In this document: piece after piece, positions 10,591 through 23,903 of the stretch
Layout: every line of letters begins with the position of its first letter
Position numbering within the stretch: position 1 is the first letter of the stretch
NCBI GenBank assembly: GCA_030390025.1
Contig: CM059431.1
Coordinates: forward strand, 110,548,001-110,612,000
Origin: Squalus acanthias
Taxonomy: Eukaryota
DNA: 64,000 bases
Reading direction: 5' to 3'
Program-made: the position numbers and the translations under genes
The notes under the pieces: generated by a model
Told to the model about the DNA's origin: nothing
Databases searched by the model: none
Seen by the model: the letters and a program-made list of their open reading frames with translations, nothing else

Positions 10591-11573
10591 ATAGAGTCAT
10601 AGAGTTATACAGCACAGAAAGAGGCCCTTCGGCCCATCGTGCCCGCGCCGGCCATCAAGCCCTGTCTATTCTAATCCCATTTTCCAGCACTTGGTCCGTA
10701 GCCTTGTATGCTATGGCGTTTCAAGTGCTCATCTAAATGCTTCTTGAATGTTGTGAGGGTTCCTGCCTCTACCACCCTTTCAGGCAGTGAGTTCCAGATT
10801 CCAACCACCCTCTGGGTGAAAAAGTTTTTCCTCAAATCCCCTCTAAACCTCCTGCCCCTTACCTTGAAACTATGCCCCCTGGTTATTGACCCCTCTGTTA
10901 AGGGGAAAAGTTCCTTTCTATCTACCCTATCTATGCCCCTCATAATTTTGTACACCTCAATCAGGTCCCCCCTCAGCCTTCTCTGCTCTAAGAAAAACAA
11001 CCCCAGCCTGTCCAGTCTCTCTTCATAGCTGAAGCGCTCCAGCCCAGGTAACATCCTGGTGAATCTCCTCTGCACCCTCTCCAATGCAATCACATCCCTC
11101 CTATAGTGTGGTGACCAGAACTGCACACAGTATTCCAGCTGTGGCCTAACTAACGTTTTGTACAGCTCCATCATAACCTCCCTGCTTTTATATTCTATGC
11201 CTCGGCTAATGAAGGCAAGTATCCCATATGCCTTTTTAACCACCTTATCTACCTGTCCTGCTGCCTTCAGGGATCTATGTACATGCACACCAAGGTCCCT
11301 CTGATCCTCTGTCCTTCCTAGGATCCTACCATTCATTGTGTATTCCCTTGCCTTGTTAGTCCTTCCAAAATGCATCACCTCACACTTTTCAGGGTTAAAT
11401 TCTATTTGCCACTGTTCTGCCCATCTGACCAACCCGTCTATATCGTCCTGTAGCCTGAGGCTTCCCTCCTCGCTGTTTACCACTCCAACAATTTTCGTGT
11501 CATCTGCGAACTTACTGATCATACCTCCTACATTCATATCTAAATCATTAATGTACACTACAAACAGCAAAGG
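10591..11573 (-). mobile_element. CR1 LINE 3' fragment with uninterrupted 299-aa RT C-terminal ORF
   Basis: YINDLD...SKFADDTK...RPQLEYCVQFWSP...FFTQRVVGIWNSLP; no stops 10671-11570; (CTCTATGA)-type tail. Confidence 0.95.
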
Positions 11574-14267
11574 ACAGCAAAGAATATATATGTGTATTAA
11601 AAGAATTTGTATTCCAGGGAGTAGAATCGGAAATATTGGTTGCTTTCTTTAAAATATGACAGATTAGTCTATTCTTACGCTTTCATTTATCTTGCATATC
11701 CTCTCTGTCAACTGAGGAACATAACCGAGAAACATGGCAGTTCACTTTAAGAAATCGCGATCTTCTGAGAATGCCTTTCGACCCGACCTTCGACCTCCTG
11801 CTGCTTTTACCGCCAGAAAGAGTGTGTTGCCCGAGAGCATTTTTTGTGCTGCGTTCATTTAAATCAGCAGGCAGCCAGTCTCTTTGCGGGCGGCAGTTAA
11901 CCTTGTCCCCGTGGTGGCACCGCCCGTTTTCGGGCTTAATCGAGTTTCTAGGCCAAGATGTCTAGCCAGGGATTCTGCCAATAACATATGAAAAGTTATG
12001 TTTCAGGAGTTAAAGCAAATATTAAATTTACTTTTTCCAAAGTTCTTTCAATTTCGCATCTCTTGCTGTATTCAGGGAGGAGCCATGGATCCTGGAAATT
12101 TATATTCGATAACTTACATATATTTAGATTTAAAAAAATAATTTCTGTGCCTCTTTCTTTTCCTCCTTTCTTCTTTAAACCAGCCTTGTCCAACTGCACC
12201 ACTCCAACGTGCCTGGCACCCATTTATACCTGAGAATTGTAATCGGAGTCCTACAACAGTGCAGGGTCGCAATTTGCATATTTAAGCAGCGATACGCCCA
12301 AAACAGGCGGGCCTGCTGCTCACCCATTTAATGGCCCATCTGATGCAGCTTTTTGGCCGTCAATGGGGTGGCCAAGATGCCCCTTAACCACCCTCCAACC
12401 CCCCCCCAACTGATTTCCAACTTGGGTGAGAAACGGACGACCGGCAGATGAAAATCACCCCCCACGTGCAATGTTCCCTCTAATTCCTTTTGTCGTGCGC
12501 GGTCCCTTTAAATCTGCTGCGCGGCCGTGCATGCGCGGCATCTCTCCAAGCGGCAGGAGCTGGTGAGCAGCCTGCGCGGGACCTCGCAATTGGCCCGCGG
12601 CTGCGCACCTCGGGGGGAACATTGCCCATGTGTACCTCATCTGATTTTCATGCTCGGTATGGTAACATGATAATGTTCTTCCTGTACTTCCAACTGGCAG
12701 GGAACTAATTGCAAAGGGCCTGGTAGCATCTCACAAATATATTGAGAGTGGTCGTCTGGTACACACTGTGGATGTGATTCACATGCTGTGTACTTCAAAA
12801 GGAACTATTTTCAGCAGTGTTTTTTTTTAATTGTATCTTAAGCAGGAGGGTGAGAGAGATGTTAGATTCGCCCCAGAGGTATTGAAGTTTGGAAGCTACT
12901 TGTTTTTTATTGAGACCTATGAGATGCTGAGGGGAAAATAAAAGTTTAGCATGAAAGACGATTTTCCTCTAGGCTTGTCCCACTTCACCGCCATATCTTC
13001 AGTGGACGCTCCATTGCCACTTCTCCCAAAGTAACGGCGGCAGAACAGGAGGAGCCCTGAGGAAATTTCCAGCGCAGGTTTCTTGGAATTTCTCACTGAG
13101 CCATTGAGGAAGCCCAAGGAATCCTGCTTCTGGTATTTTGTCAATAATGGATCCCCAAGGTTGTGACTCTCCAATTATTGTAACTTAACCATCTCAAATC
13201 GAGTGGGACCGACGCTTCTGCTGATTGGAATAGTTTGGCGTTATAGCTTCATGTCCACCACGAAGGCCTAAATTCATCATTTGTGCCTCTCAGCAACTAT
13301 CTGAAAGACATGAATCTTTAGCCTCCAGTCTTCTGATTGGGTCTTAGCTCAGATTCACGGATCACTGTGTCAAGCATCACACCACACAGCCTAGCAGAAT
13401 TCCAGACCTCAGTGTATTATTATAGAAGGCTTATGTCACCAAAAAAAGGCATGAAAAGAAAAGCCAGTACTGCCACAAGTTTTTCTGTCAGTACATGATT
13501 AACCAATTTTAGAAACTGTACAACTGAATCAGTGTCCTCACTGTGCACTCAAACAACTAGTTGTATTTACTGTTTGAGTAATGCACACCCAAAAATAACA
13601 CAGAATTACCATGAGCACTGCCAGTAACTGATTGCGAAAGAAAAATATTGACAGACAATTAGATTTGATTAATTGCTGTCAAATGGGAACAGTACTGATA
13701 TTGTTCTATACGGGACTGTTGAAACATTGAAGCGTATTCTGAGTATTTTATTATCTGTACACTGACACAATAGGTATTGGTTGTAAAATGTAATCTGAAT
13801 GACCTGGGTTCATTCAGCAAAACATTAAATTGCTGTACAAAACCTGGAATACATTTTGAACCAGAACACTGTGCTGCCTGATGTATATGAATAGTCAAAT
13901 ATATTCCACGACAAAAATCTTCTATTGATCCAGCCCTGGATTTAAATCTTCACAGATTGTGCGATGTTTGCATGTATGCTGTGACTGAAGGACTCCACTC
14001 CCAATCAATCACTATGCTGTCAACTTCAGTTGCAAGAGATGAGCAATTGAGCATGTGCAGTTGTTTATAAACCCAGATTATGACTATCGGTATAAATCTT
14101 GAGCAATTCCGCTCCCGTCACAGAGTATCGCTCAACGGGAGCACGAACTGGGCTCCGGGGGCTCGGCATACTCTGATTCACGGAGCGCCCCATTTTCTAC
14201 AAACTGGAACTGCGACAGGAGTGGAATTTTGCAAAATTTATTCCTTCAATTTCCACCCACAGATTTT

Positions 14268-14703
14268 CTTTTATTCATTCACAGGACATGGGTGTCGCTG
14301 GCTGGCAAGGCCAGCATGTATTGGCCATCCCTGATTGCCCTTGAGGAAGTGGTGGTGAGCCGCCTTGTACAACTGAGTGGCTTGCTCGGCCATTTCAGAG
14401 GGCAGTTAAGAGTCAACCACATTGCTGTGGGTCTGGAGTCACATATAGGCCAGACCGGGTAAGGACAGTAGATTACCTTCCCAAAAGGACATTAGTGAAC
14501 CAGATGGGTTCTTTCAACAATCTGGTAGTTTCATGATTACCATTATTGAGGCAAGCTTTTTTTTTTTAAATTCCAGATATATTTAATTAACTGAATTGAA
14601 ATTCCCCAGCTGCCGTGGTGGGATTTGAATTCATGTCTCCAGATCATTAGTCCAAGTTTCTGGATTACTAGTCCAGTAACATAACCACTATGCTACCGTA
14701 CCC
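14268..14703 (-). mobile_element. tRNA-derived SINE sharing its 3' tail with the LINE at 9345-10185
   Basis: Head GGGTACGGTAGCATAGTGG (A box)...GAATTCAAATCC (B-box-like); 14285-14365 aligns with 9370-9447. Confidence 0.8.
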
Positions 14704-14898
14704 TTAATATTTCTTGAGAAGGCCAATGCAGGCTGCAAAGAAGTGGAACAGCAGTTTAGATTGCTGCACCAACTCTGTTGCCTATAGGGCCCCAAGGACT
14801 CTACCACGCTGTCGACAGCAGCAGCATCCAATCTTGTCAGCAGTGTTGATTCGTAAATGAGGTGGTGCTGCAAGTGAAATCGGGGCTGCGGTGGACAA

Positions 14899-15125
14899 GA
14901 ACAGCAACTTGTATTTATACAGCGCCTTTAATGTAGTAAAACGCCCCGCGGCGCTTCACAGGAGCGATTATCAGACAACATTGAACACCGAGCCACATAG
15001 TCAGATATTAGGACAGGTGACCAACAGCTTGGCCAAAGAGGTCGGTTTTACGGAGCGTCTAAAAGGAGAAGAGGGAAGTGGAGAGGTTCAGGGAGGGAAT
15101 TCCAGATCTTGGGTCCTCGGCAACC
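14899..15125 (-). mobile_element. L2 3' end
   Basis: Reverse complement of the TAAAGGCGCTGTATAAATACAAGTTG tail and upstream L2 3' sequence. Confidence 0.8.
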
Positions 15126-15750
15126 ACAGCGAATTGCAACATAAATTGAAACCTTTGGGTCAGCAGGATTGGAAAAAGATAAGTTGATCCCTGCTCAACA
15201 CAATGAGGGCTGCCGAAGAGAAGATTCTCATAATGGAGGGGTGCTCCATTGTGAGCTGCTTCTTAAAATATTTTTGTGTTCTATCTTTTCAGAATTTATT
15301 TTTTTAAGCTAGGTGGGGTTTTGTGAATTTAAAATGTGATTCGGTTGACTGCCTCTGTAAAGAGTCCTGTTATCTTTGTATGCGCGAGATACAGTCAAAT
15401 GCACAAAATGCTGTCTGACGCCACTGCCAGTTAATTGCAAGAGAAATATTCTCCCAGCTGTGAATCTATGGTTGTGCGCGAACTGGCAAATGTTTTTGGT
15501 ACCTCTAACCCGTCCTAAAAAATAAGCTGCCTCCAGTGACACCACAAGTCCCGGCCAGAATGGAGATGATTGGGTAATTCCCCTGTATCACGCCTGCTGT
15601 AAGTGACTGGGATTGACTTTACTCACATAATTTGTATTCTGTAACTACCCTCCACTCACTGCATTTTGCTGTAGAAATAATCCTGCTGTACTTGGGAGAC
15701 TCCCTTTGCTGCAGTTTTGGTTATGAGTCCAGAGGCTCTGGAAATTAAAA

Positions 15751-16285
15751 CCACACTTGGAGTACTGTGTACAGTTCTGGTCGCCATATTATAAACAGGA
15801 TTATAGAGGCACTGGAGAGGGTGCAGAGAAGATTTACCAAAAATGCGAGGGTTTACATCTCAGGAAAGGATGGACAGGCTGGGTCTCTTTTCTCTTGAAA
15901 AAAAGGCGGCTGAGGGGTGACCTAATAGAGGTCTTTAAAATTATGAAAAATTTTGATCAATGGAAATATTCTCGCTGTATCTACTCTGTGGGGAAGAGCA
16001 TAACTAGAGGCCATCAATATAAGATAGTCACCAAGAAATTCAATCGGGAATTCAGGAGAAACTTCTTTACCCAGAGAGTGGTGAGAATGTGGAACTCGCT
16101 ACCACAGGGAGTGGTTGAAGCGAATAGTATGGATGCATTTAAGGGGAGGCTAGACAAGCATATGAGGGAGAAGGGAATAGAGGGTTATGCTGATAGAGTT
16201 AGATGAGGAAAGACGGGAGGAGGCTCGAGTGGAGCATAAACGCCGGCATGGACTGGTTGGGCCGAATGGCCTGTTTCTGTGCCGT
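15751..16285 (+). mobile_element. CR1 3' fragment
   Basis: LEYCVQFWSP...RRLRGDLIEVFK...RRNFFTQRVVRMWNSLP; same subfamily as 395-990. Confidence 0.9.
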
Positions 16286-16421
16286 ATATCCTATGTAATG
16301 TAATCTACGTAAGTCCCGCCCCTGCCTCCAACTCATTGGCTGACACAGTGATGTCAATATTCACTCTGAATAAAGTATGCTTTGTTGTACAAAAGCAGGC
16401 CGAATGCACATTGTTTACAAT

Positions 16422-17142
16422 GGCCCGGATTTTGCGGTCGGCGGCGTAATTAAGGATTATGCCGCCGGCATCCAAACCGGACGCGCGCTTACCTGCTGGG
16501 ATCCCTCCTCCGAGAAGTTGCTGTCAGACGCTGCGGAGTTGAGCGCAGCGTACTGGCCCACGGATCCCGGGGGGCGCACCATGTGCGTAAGCGTACCTGG
16601 GATCACATGGGCCGGTGCTCCAATCAGCAGACAGAGGGTCTCTCATTAATACTATAAGAGATCGTTGGTCCTTGCCCTTCAATACTTCGAAAATAACTTA
16701 AATTTGTGATTCTGGGGTCTGGGGGGTGGGGGGGGGGGGGTGTGCAGAATGCATTTTGTAAGTCATCTACATTTTCATTTTCTTCCTCCCAGCAAAAACA
16801 TTTTAAAAACCTGAGAATAATGCTTTCTTCAAAAATCTATTGGAAGACAGTTCTTTATTTTTCATGGATAAAATCCTGTGGATCATATGTCAATGCTTCC
16901 ATTTCCAGCCTCAAACCAGGCCCAGCGCCAGCGGTAACATTTTCATATGTAATTGCTGGGCAATTAGCTCAACCCTGCGCCAGCAATTAGGATTCCAATG
17001 TCTGGGCGGCTCATCCGTCAAGTCACTTGACAGATCGCAAGTTCGGGATTTAGCGCACGTGCTTAACTTGCTGTCCATTTCAAAGGCGGTATGACAGCGT
17101 ACTCTGAGCGCACACCGTCATACCCGCCGCAAATTCTGGCCC
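16422..17142. mobile_element. PIF/Harbinger-like MITE
   Basis: Imperfect TIRs GGCCCGGATTTTGCGG / CCGCAAATTCTGGCCC; 3-bp TSD AAT. Confidence 0.75.
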
Positions 17143-17615
17143 AATATTTAGCAGTTCCTGGGTAATGCAGATGATCAGTGTTGGTGCTCATTAACAAGCA
17201 ATGTGAGCATCTCCAACTACTGTGTCTTTGATCTGGTTTGTTTGACCTTTTTCTATCCTGGGGCCTGGTGATGAGGGAGTGTGTTCTGCAGTGTTCAGGC
17301 CACCTCTAGCCTAGTATATGGAAAAAGTGAGACATCTACTGAGTAAATAAGAGTTGAAGACTGAAAAAGGCCTGAACACTTGTCAATTGGCCATTTGGAT
17401 AAATCCTGTCATATCTGATCATGTCAAATTTTAGATGCTGTTGTCCACTTCTTCAGTGTTCTTGATTCATCTGTTTATGTCTACAACATGGGGGTAAATT
17501 TTGAACTGCCTTTGCAGATTAGTTGCCTGTTCTAGAAACTGTTGATTTTAACATCCATTGATTTCTTTTTGCTACTGTGTGAATTTTATACTTTGATAAA
17601 TCGGACTTTAGCTTT

Positions 17616-18070
17616 AAAAGAAAAAAGACCTGCATTTATATAACGCCTTTCACAACCACTGGATGCCCCAAAGTGCTTTACAGCCCATGAAGTGTCGTCA
17701 CTGTTGTAATGTAGGAATTGCAGCAGCCCAATTTGCGCACAGCAAGCTCCCACAAACAGCAATGTGATAATGACCAGATAATCTGGGGTGTTTTTTTGTT
17801 GATTGATGGATAGATATTGGCCAGGACACCGGGGATAACTCCCCCTGCTCTTCTTCAAAATAGTGCCATGGGATCTTTTGTGTCCAGCAGAGAGGGAAGC
17901 CAACGCTTCAGTGTAATATCTCATCTGAAAGACGGCACCTCTGACAGCGCCGCACTCCCTCAGCACTGCACTGGAGTGTCAGCCTAGATTTCTGTGCTCA
18001 AGTCTCTGGAGTGGGAATTGAACCCACAACTTTCTGATGCAGAGGTGAGGTGCTACCCACTGAGCCACAG
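17616..18070 (-). mobile_element. Deu-domain tRNA SINE (SacSINE1-like), full length
   Basis: TGGCTCAGTGGG A box, GGTTCAATTCC B box, Deu-like core GGTGCCGTCTTT...GATCCCATGGCACTATTT, L2-like tail. Confidence 0.85.
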
Positions 18071-18184
18071 GCTTTAGTCTTGCGTTATATGCTATGACAG
18101 CATGGTCTGTTTATACCAATCAAGGAGACCAGGACTATGACTTACACTAGATAACCAAGCAGTACAGGAGATGTTGTTAACCCT

Positions 18185-18500
18185 GAAGATATCTGGGCTC
18201 CTCTAATTCTGCCCTCTTGAGCATCCCTGATTATAATCGCTCAACCTTTTGAGGCCGTGCCTTCTGTTGCCTAGGCCCTAAGCTCTGGAATTCCCTGCCT
18301 AAACCTCTCCGCCTCACTACCTCTCTTTCTTCCTTTAAGACGTTCCTTAAAACCTACCTCTTTGACCAAGCTTTTGGTCTCCTGCCCTAATTTATCCTTA
18401 TGTGGATCGGTGTCAAATTTTTTGTCTTAATACTCCTGTGCAGCACCTTGGGCCGTTTTACCACGTTAAGGGTGCTATATAAATACAAGTTGTTGTTGTT
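18185..18500 (+). mobile_element. L2 3' end
   Basis: GPKLWNSLP motif; tail GCTATATAAATACAAG(TTG)n. Confidence 0.85.
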
Positions 18501-18592
18501 GAAGCTTGCTATTCCTCTTCACCACATAGTTCACATTTTAAGTTCTGTTTCAATGGGAACGCAGGATGCCTATGGAAACTATAATCCCTTGT

Positions 18593-18900
18593 GAAAGAAA
18601 GAAATGGTATTTATATAGCACCTTTCACAACCACAGGACGTCCCAAAGCGCTTTACAGCCAATTAAGTACTTTTTAAATTGCAGTCACTGTTGTAATGTA
18701 GGAAATGCGGTTGCCAAATAACGCACAGCAAGCTCCCACAAACAGCAATGAGGTAAATGACTGGATAATCTGTTTTAGTGATCGTGGTTGAGGGATCAAT
18801 ATTGGCCGGGACACCGGGGTGAACTCCCCTGTTCTTCTTCGAAGTAGTGCCGTGGAATTTTTTTACGTCCACGTGAGAGGGCAGACGGGGCCTCGGTTTA
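18593..18900 (-). mobile_element. Deu-domain SINE, 5'-truncated
   Basis: Matches the tail and core of 17616-18070. Confidence 0.8.
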
Positions 18901-19116
18901 ACAAATGAAGTCAAGAGAGACACCAAAAAAAGTCACCAGGGTGGGTCTTCGCCAATTTTCTTTTTAAAAAGGCCTAGATTTTCCTGGTGCCATTAACTTT
19001 TTTTTAATCCGGTGACTTTAAAAAAAAAATATTATTACCTCGCATTGATGATGATAACCTTGTGAAATAACCTTATTGCCGCTGTTAATGGAAGAAAAAT
19101 GAGTATCCAGGTATAA

Positions 19117-19334
19117 AAGTGAGAAGTCGCACAATACCAGGTTATAGTCCAACAATTTTATTTGAAATCACAAGCTTTCGGAGCGCTGCTCCTTCGTCAG
19201 GTCACTTCACCTGACGAAGGAGCAGCCGCTCTGAAAGCTCGTGATTTCAAATAAAGCTGTTGGACTATAACCTGGTGTTGTGCGACTTCTCACTTTTGTC
19301 CCCCCCAGTCCAACACCGGCATCTCCGCATCTTC
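19117..19334. mobile_element. Foldback pLTR insertion, family B, two opposed hammerhead cores
   Basis: 11-bp TSD TCCAGGTATAA at 19106-19116 and 19335-19345. CTGACGA...GAAA cores at 19168-19204 (-) and 19207-19244 (+). Confidence 0.85.
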
Positions 19335-19564
19335 TCCAGGTATAAGGCAGTGAAATTACCAATCTTCCTGCTAAATGTCAGCAGGGAAAGGGACAACTCA
19401 AGGTTGCTGACAACTCTGTTTTCTGTTTTTTTTTTGCTGTGATTACCTTCCTATCCTTACACAAGTCCTGTCATGCGTGGGGCAGAATTCCAACTCGCAT
19501 TTTTTCGGGAGCAGCACGGCTTGGAGTTAAACACATTTTACTTGTTGCTTCGAAGTAGTGCCGT

Positions 19565-21370
19565 GATACAAAGCTGGGTGGGAATGTAAGTTGTGAGGAG
19601 GATGCGAGGAGGCTTCAAGGGGATATAGACAGGCTAAGTGAGTGGGCAAGAACATGGCAAATGGAATATAATGTGGAGAAATGTGAAGTTATCCACTTTG
19701 GTCAGAAAAATAGAAAAGCAGAGTATTTTTTTAAATGGTGAGAGATTGGGAAATGTTGGTGTTCAGAGGGACCTGGGTGTCCTTGTACACGAATCACTGA
19801 AAGTTAACATGCAGGTACAGCAAGCAATTAGGAAAGCAAATGGTATGTTGACCTTTATTACAAGAGGGTTTGGGGGAAAAATTCAGTTGGTTTGCGCCTC
19901 ACGTTAGCACCTTAAGAGGGCGCTAATGGGGCGCAAAGCAACTAGTGCCCGTGTGCGGCGATGTTTGCGCCGCTCATGAAATTAACTAGACATTTTACGG
20001 CGGTGCTAAACACTACCGCCACGATCTCTTGCGCCGGCAGATCGTGACGTCAGTCGAGTGCGCAATGCCCTGGTAGTGCCCCGGAGCGGATATTGAGTGG
20101 CGCCCCCTGCCTTACCGCCTGCCGCTAGCAACGACAGGTTGAGGGGAGCGTTTTGCAGTCAGGAAGGGACTGGGGGAGCGCTATTTAAAGGCGAACGCTT
20201 CCTGCCTTTTTTTGTTGGTGACATTTTTGCACCACGTATTCTGAGAGAGAGAGAGAGAGAGACTTCTGGTGAGATTCAACGCTGTGTGAAGGAGCTTTGG
20301 GTACTGAGCAGCACTTTGCAGGTTCATTTTGATTTGCCCTTCCTTGTATCGATTTAGAAGAGACTGTGGGGGCTGCACTCTGAGATCTTTCCCTGGTTCT
20401 CTCCATTGTTCTTTCCAGCAGATTTGATGTACAGGTCTCTCCAGGCCAAGATTCAAGGCTGCAATGAGCAGGATGTGGATGGAGAGCAAGATCAACCCTC
20501 CCCTTTAAGAACTGGCCGGCACCATTGTGTCTGTGTTCCATTGCTGACTGACATCACATGAGCTTCGCCAGCGCTCTGAGGTAGCGCCTCGCTCCTCGGC
20601 CTTTGCGCCTTAAGACAGGTGTGAAGCGCCTGATTTAGCGCTCCAATCACCCCCAGGGGCGATAAAAGTCAAGTTTGCAGTCGGAGGCGATAATTAGCGC
20701 CAGGCGCTAATCTTTGTGCCTGACTGATAATTGCGCCCCAAATGGGGCGATACTGAATTTTTCCCAGAGTAAAGACATCTTACTGCAATTATATAGGGCC
20801 CTGGTGAGACCACACCTGGAGTATTGTGTACAGTTTTGGTCTCTTTACCTAAGCAAGGATATACTTGCCATAGTGCAACGAAGGTTCACCAGACTGGTTC
20901 CTGGGATCTGGGGATTGTCCTATGAGGAGAGACTGAGTAGTCTCGGCCTATATTCTCTTGAGTTTAGAAGAATGAGAAGTGATCTCATTGAAACATACAA
21001 AATTCTTACAGGGCTTGACAAGGTAGATGCAGGGAGGATGTTTCCCCTGGCTGTGGAGTCTAGAACCAGGGGTCACAGTCTCAGAATAAGGGGTCGGCCA
21101 TTTAGGACTGAGACGAGGAGAAATTTCTTCACTCAGAGGGTGGTGAATCTTTGGAAATCTCTACCCCAGAGGGCTGTGGAGGCTCAGTCGTTGAGTATAT
21201 TCAAGATAGAGATCGATAGATTTTTGAATATTAAGGGAATCAAGGGATATGGGGATAGTGCAGGAAAGTGGAGATGAGGTAGAAGATCAACCATGATCTT
21301 ATTGAATGGCGGAGCAGGCTCGAGGGGCCAAATGGCCTACTCCTGCTCCTAATTCTTATTCTTATGTTCT
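19565..21370 (+). mobile_element. CR1 fragment split by a MITE
   Basis: DTKLGG...QRDLGVLVH...ITRGF, then SKDILLQLYRALVRPHLEYCVQFWS...; tail CTCCTGCTCCTAATTCTT. Confidence 0.9.
19872..20765. mobile_element. GC-rich MITE inserted in CR1
   Basis: Perfect 14-bp TIR GGGAAAAATTCAGT at 19874-19887 and 20752-20765; left end homologous to 43066-43150. Confidence 0.85.
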
Positions 21371-21679
21371 TTCCAGGCACGTCTTAGTCACTCAATAGAC
21401 TTCTCATTTTTTTTTCTACGTACTGCTTGAGGTGGCTGCAGTTCTGGCCTCAACACTAACCACTGGTCATTTGGACAAATGCTCTAAGATCGAGGAACGT
21501 AAATTTTTTTTAGAATGTCCTGTTCATTTTTATCTATCTACCACCAATAGTGCGAAATACTCCAAGTGGCATTTTCAGTGGGCCTGCTAAAACCAGTACT
21601 TGGGGTCTAAATCCAGAAGCTCTTTTCTAACATGTTCATGGTGCGTTTTCTGGAGGTTTTGATGGAAGATTGTTCATCG

Positions 21680-21810
21680 AATCATAGATCATACAGCACA
21701 GAATGAGGCCATTCAGCCCACCGTGTCTGTGCCGGCTCTTTGAAAGAGCTGTGCAATTAGTCCCACTCCCCTGCTCTTTGCTCATAGCCCTTCAAATTCT
21801 CCTTTTCACG
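21680..21810 (-). mobile_element. CR1 3' tail
   Basis: CATAGATCATACAGCACAGAATGAGGCCATTCAGCCC is the reverse complement of the CR1 tail. Confidence 0.75.
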
Positions 21811-21915
21811 TATGTATTAAGTGTATATTAAATATTATATGAAAAAATAGCATTTAAAACAATAGTACAGACTTAAGTTGTTTTGGGTCATTCACAATTG
21901 GTATATAAAGCTACA

Positions 21916-22562
21916 AGGGGAAAAATTGGGTCGCGCCCCCTTTGGGGCGCTAACTTCGCTGGGGCGAAAATGTTGGCGCTCCTGCACTGGAAATTGAATG
22001 GTAGCGCCCCAGGCAGGAGACGGGGCGCTACTGGAAGCGCTCCCCCTCCCTCTTGGGGCGCTACCATTCAAGATCGCGCGCTACGTGCAGCAGTGCCACG
22101 CGTGTCGGCTCGTAGCGCCGCGGTACTGCAGGCCTCCCTCCCCCGATTAAAGGGGAGGGGCCTAGCGCAGCACACACCGGGGCCCTGCTGGACCACCGGG
22201 GAGCGGGGCGCTGGGAAAACAGCCCGGCACTCAAGAGGAGCGCTGGGTTGACCGATCGCGGCCGACACCCGCAGGAGGAAGTGAGGTGGGGGGAGCAGGT
22301 GCTGGCAGGCGGCCCAAAAAAAATGGCCGCCCGGCACCTGCCCTTTAATTTGCGCCGCCGCGGCCGCAAACACAACACCCTGACCCTATCGGGCATAGCG
22401 TCTGGCGGTAGGTCAGCGGGCACAAGCTAAGTTTGCGGCCGGGGCGCGAGCGGGGCGATAACGTCATCGCCGCGGGGCGCTACCGGCTACCGCAGCTGAA
22501 TTTCGCGGGAGGCGTTACTGGTGCCGCTAACGGGAGGTGCAAATCAACCCAATTTTTCCCCC
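21916..22562. mobile_element. GC-rich MITE
   Basis: Perfect 15-bp TIR GGGGAAAAATTGGGT at 21917-21931 and 22547-22561; opposite-orientation relative of 43066-43709. Confidence 0.88.
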
Positions 22563-23307
22563 ATAGACTTTCCCCTATGCCTATCACTGCATCTTCAGAG
22601 TTCATCTGTTGTTGGCAGGTCCAGAAAATGAGCCTGCCTCCAAAAACAAGAACCATTTTTAATCTAGAATTTGGATTCTGCCCACTCCAGATCTGGAGTA
22701 TGAATCCATCCAAATGCTCATTCCCACGCAAAATGTTCCAAAGGAATATTAGGCAAATGTTTCCGACGAACCATCTTTTAGCGCAAGAAAATCTCCCCCT
22801 GCAGAAGTGTTGAGCAAATTTTTTTCCTGTTTGTCTGATGAGTGGCCGCATGAAACCGATGACATCATTGAAGTAAAGCGTCATTCGGTTGCTTGCAAAG
22901 GATGTCACCACGGCTAGTGCGCCATGTTTGCTGTTTCATTGGCTGTGAAGAGCTTTGAGCCTTCTTGAGGACATGAAAAAGGCGCTATATAAATGCAAGT
23001 TTGCCCTTTGTGTGCTACTGGGAACAAAGGCAGTATCGCTTTTAGCATTATCGGCTTGTTTAACGTGCATTTCCATTTTAAACCACAAGATGGCGCAGGT
23101 GAAATGCATTGCTTTTCATGCAACAAAGCTGAGTCTCCCAGCTGATGGAAACTTTGAATAGGGGAACTAATATAATTTTTGATAACTTCCCCTCTCAAGG
23201 AGGGCATAGGGTATTTGTAAGATTATGCCTAGAGGATGTATTTTAGTCAAAGTTGAAAGCTGTAATGGTCCATCTATATAAAAACTTAGCAAGAACACAG
23301 TTGCAGT

Positions 23308-23903
23308 ACTCCTTCAGGGTGAAACAGCGATTTACTTGTGCTTCTTACACTTTAGTATACTGTATTCGCTGCTCGCGATGCGGTCTCCTCTGCATTGGGG
23401 AGACCAAACACAGACTGGGCGAGCGTTTTGTGGAACACCTCTATTCAGTCCCTAAGCGTGAGCCCGAGTTTCCGGTCGCCTGTCACTTTAATTCTCCGCT
23501 CCACTCCCACTCTGACTTCTCCGTCCTCGGCCTCTTAAACTGTTCCAATGTAAGCTCGAGGAACAGCATCTCATCTTTCGATTAGGCACTTTACAGCCTT
23601 CTGGACTCAACATCGAGTTCAACAATTTCAGACCATAACCTCTGCCCCTATTTTTTCCACATGGCAGCTGTTGATGATTCTGCTGTTCCCATTTACACCT
23701 CTTCGAGACTCATCTTTCATTTCTTTACTTGTCCCATTACCATCTCCTTTTGCTTTGTACACTCATACCTTTTGTCATTTAATCTCTCCTGCCTTCCACC
23801 CCATCACAGACCTTCCCTTTTGTTCTTTCCTCCCCTCCTCCCTTTCCCTGCCCTTACTTAAAATCTGTTACTTCTCTAACTTTTTCCAATTCTGATGAAA
23901 GGT
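23308..23903 (+). mobile_element. Penelope-like element: GIY-YIG endonuclease C-terminal region + 3' UTR, pLTR truncated by CR1
   Basis: FTCASYTLVYCIRCSRCGLLCIGETKHRLGERFVEH...VACHFNSPLHS, frameshift near 23550, then KLEEQHLIFRLGTLQPSGLNIEFNNFRP* (stop 23636-23638). Ends at CTGATGAAAGGT. Confidence 0.9.

Noticed and set aside
21883..22813. GC-rich ORFs or CpG-island promoter (also 43066-43723 and 19872-20765)
   Set aside because: Bounded by TIRs and repeated within the window; the ORFs are by-products of stop-poor GC-rich sequence.
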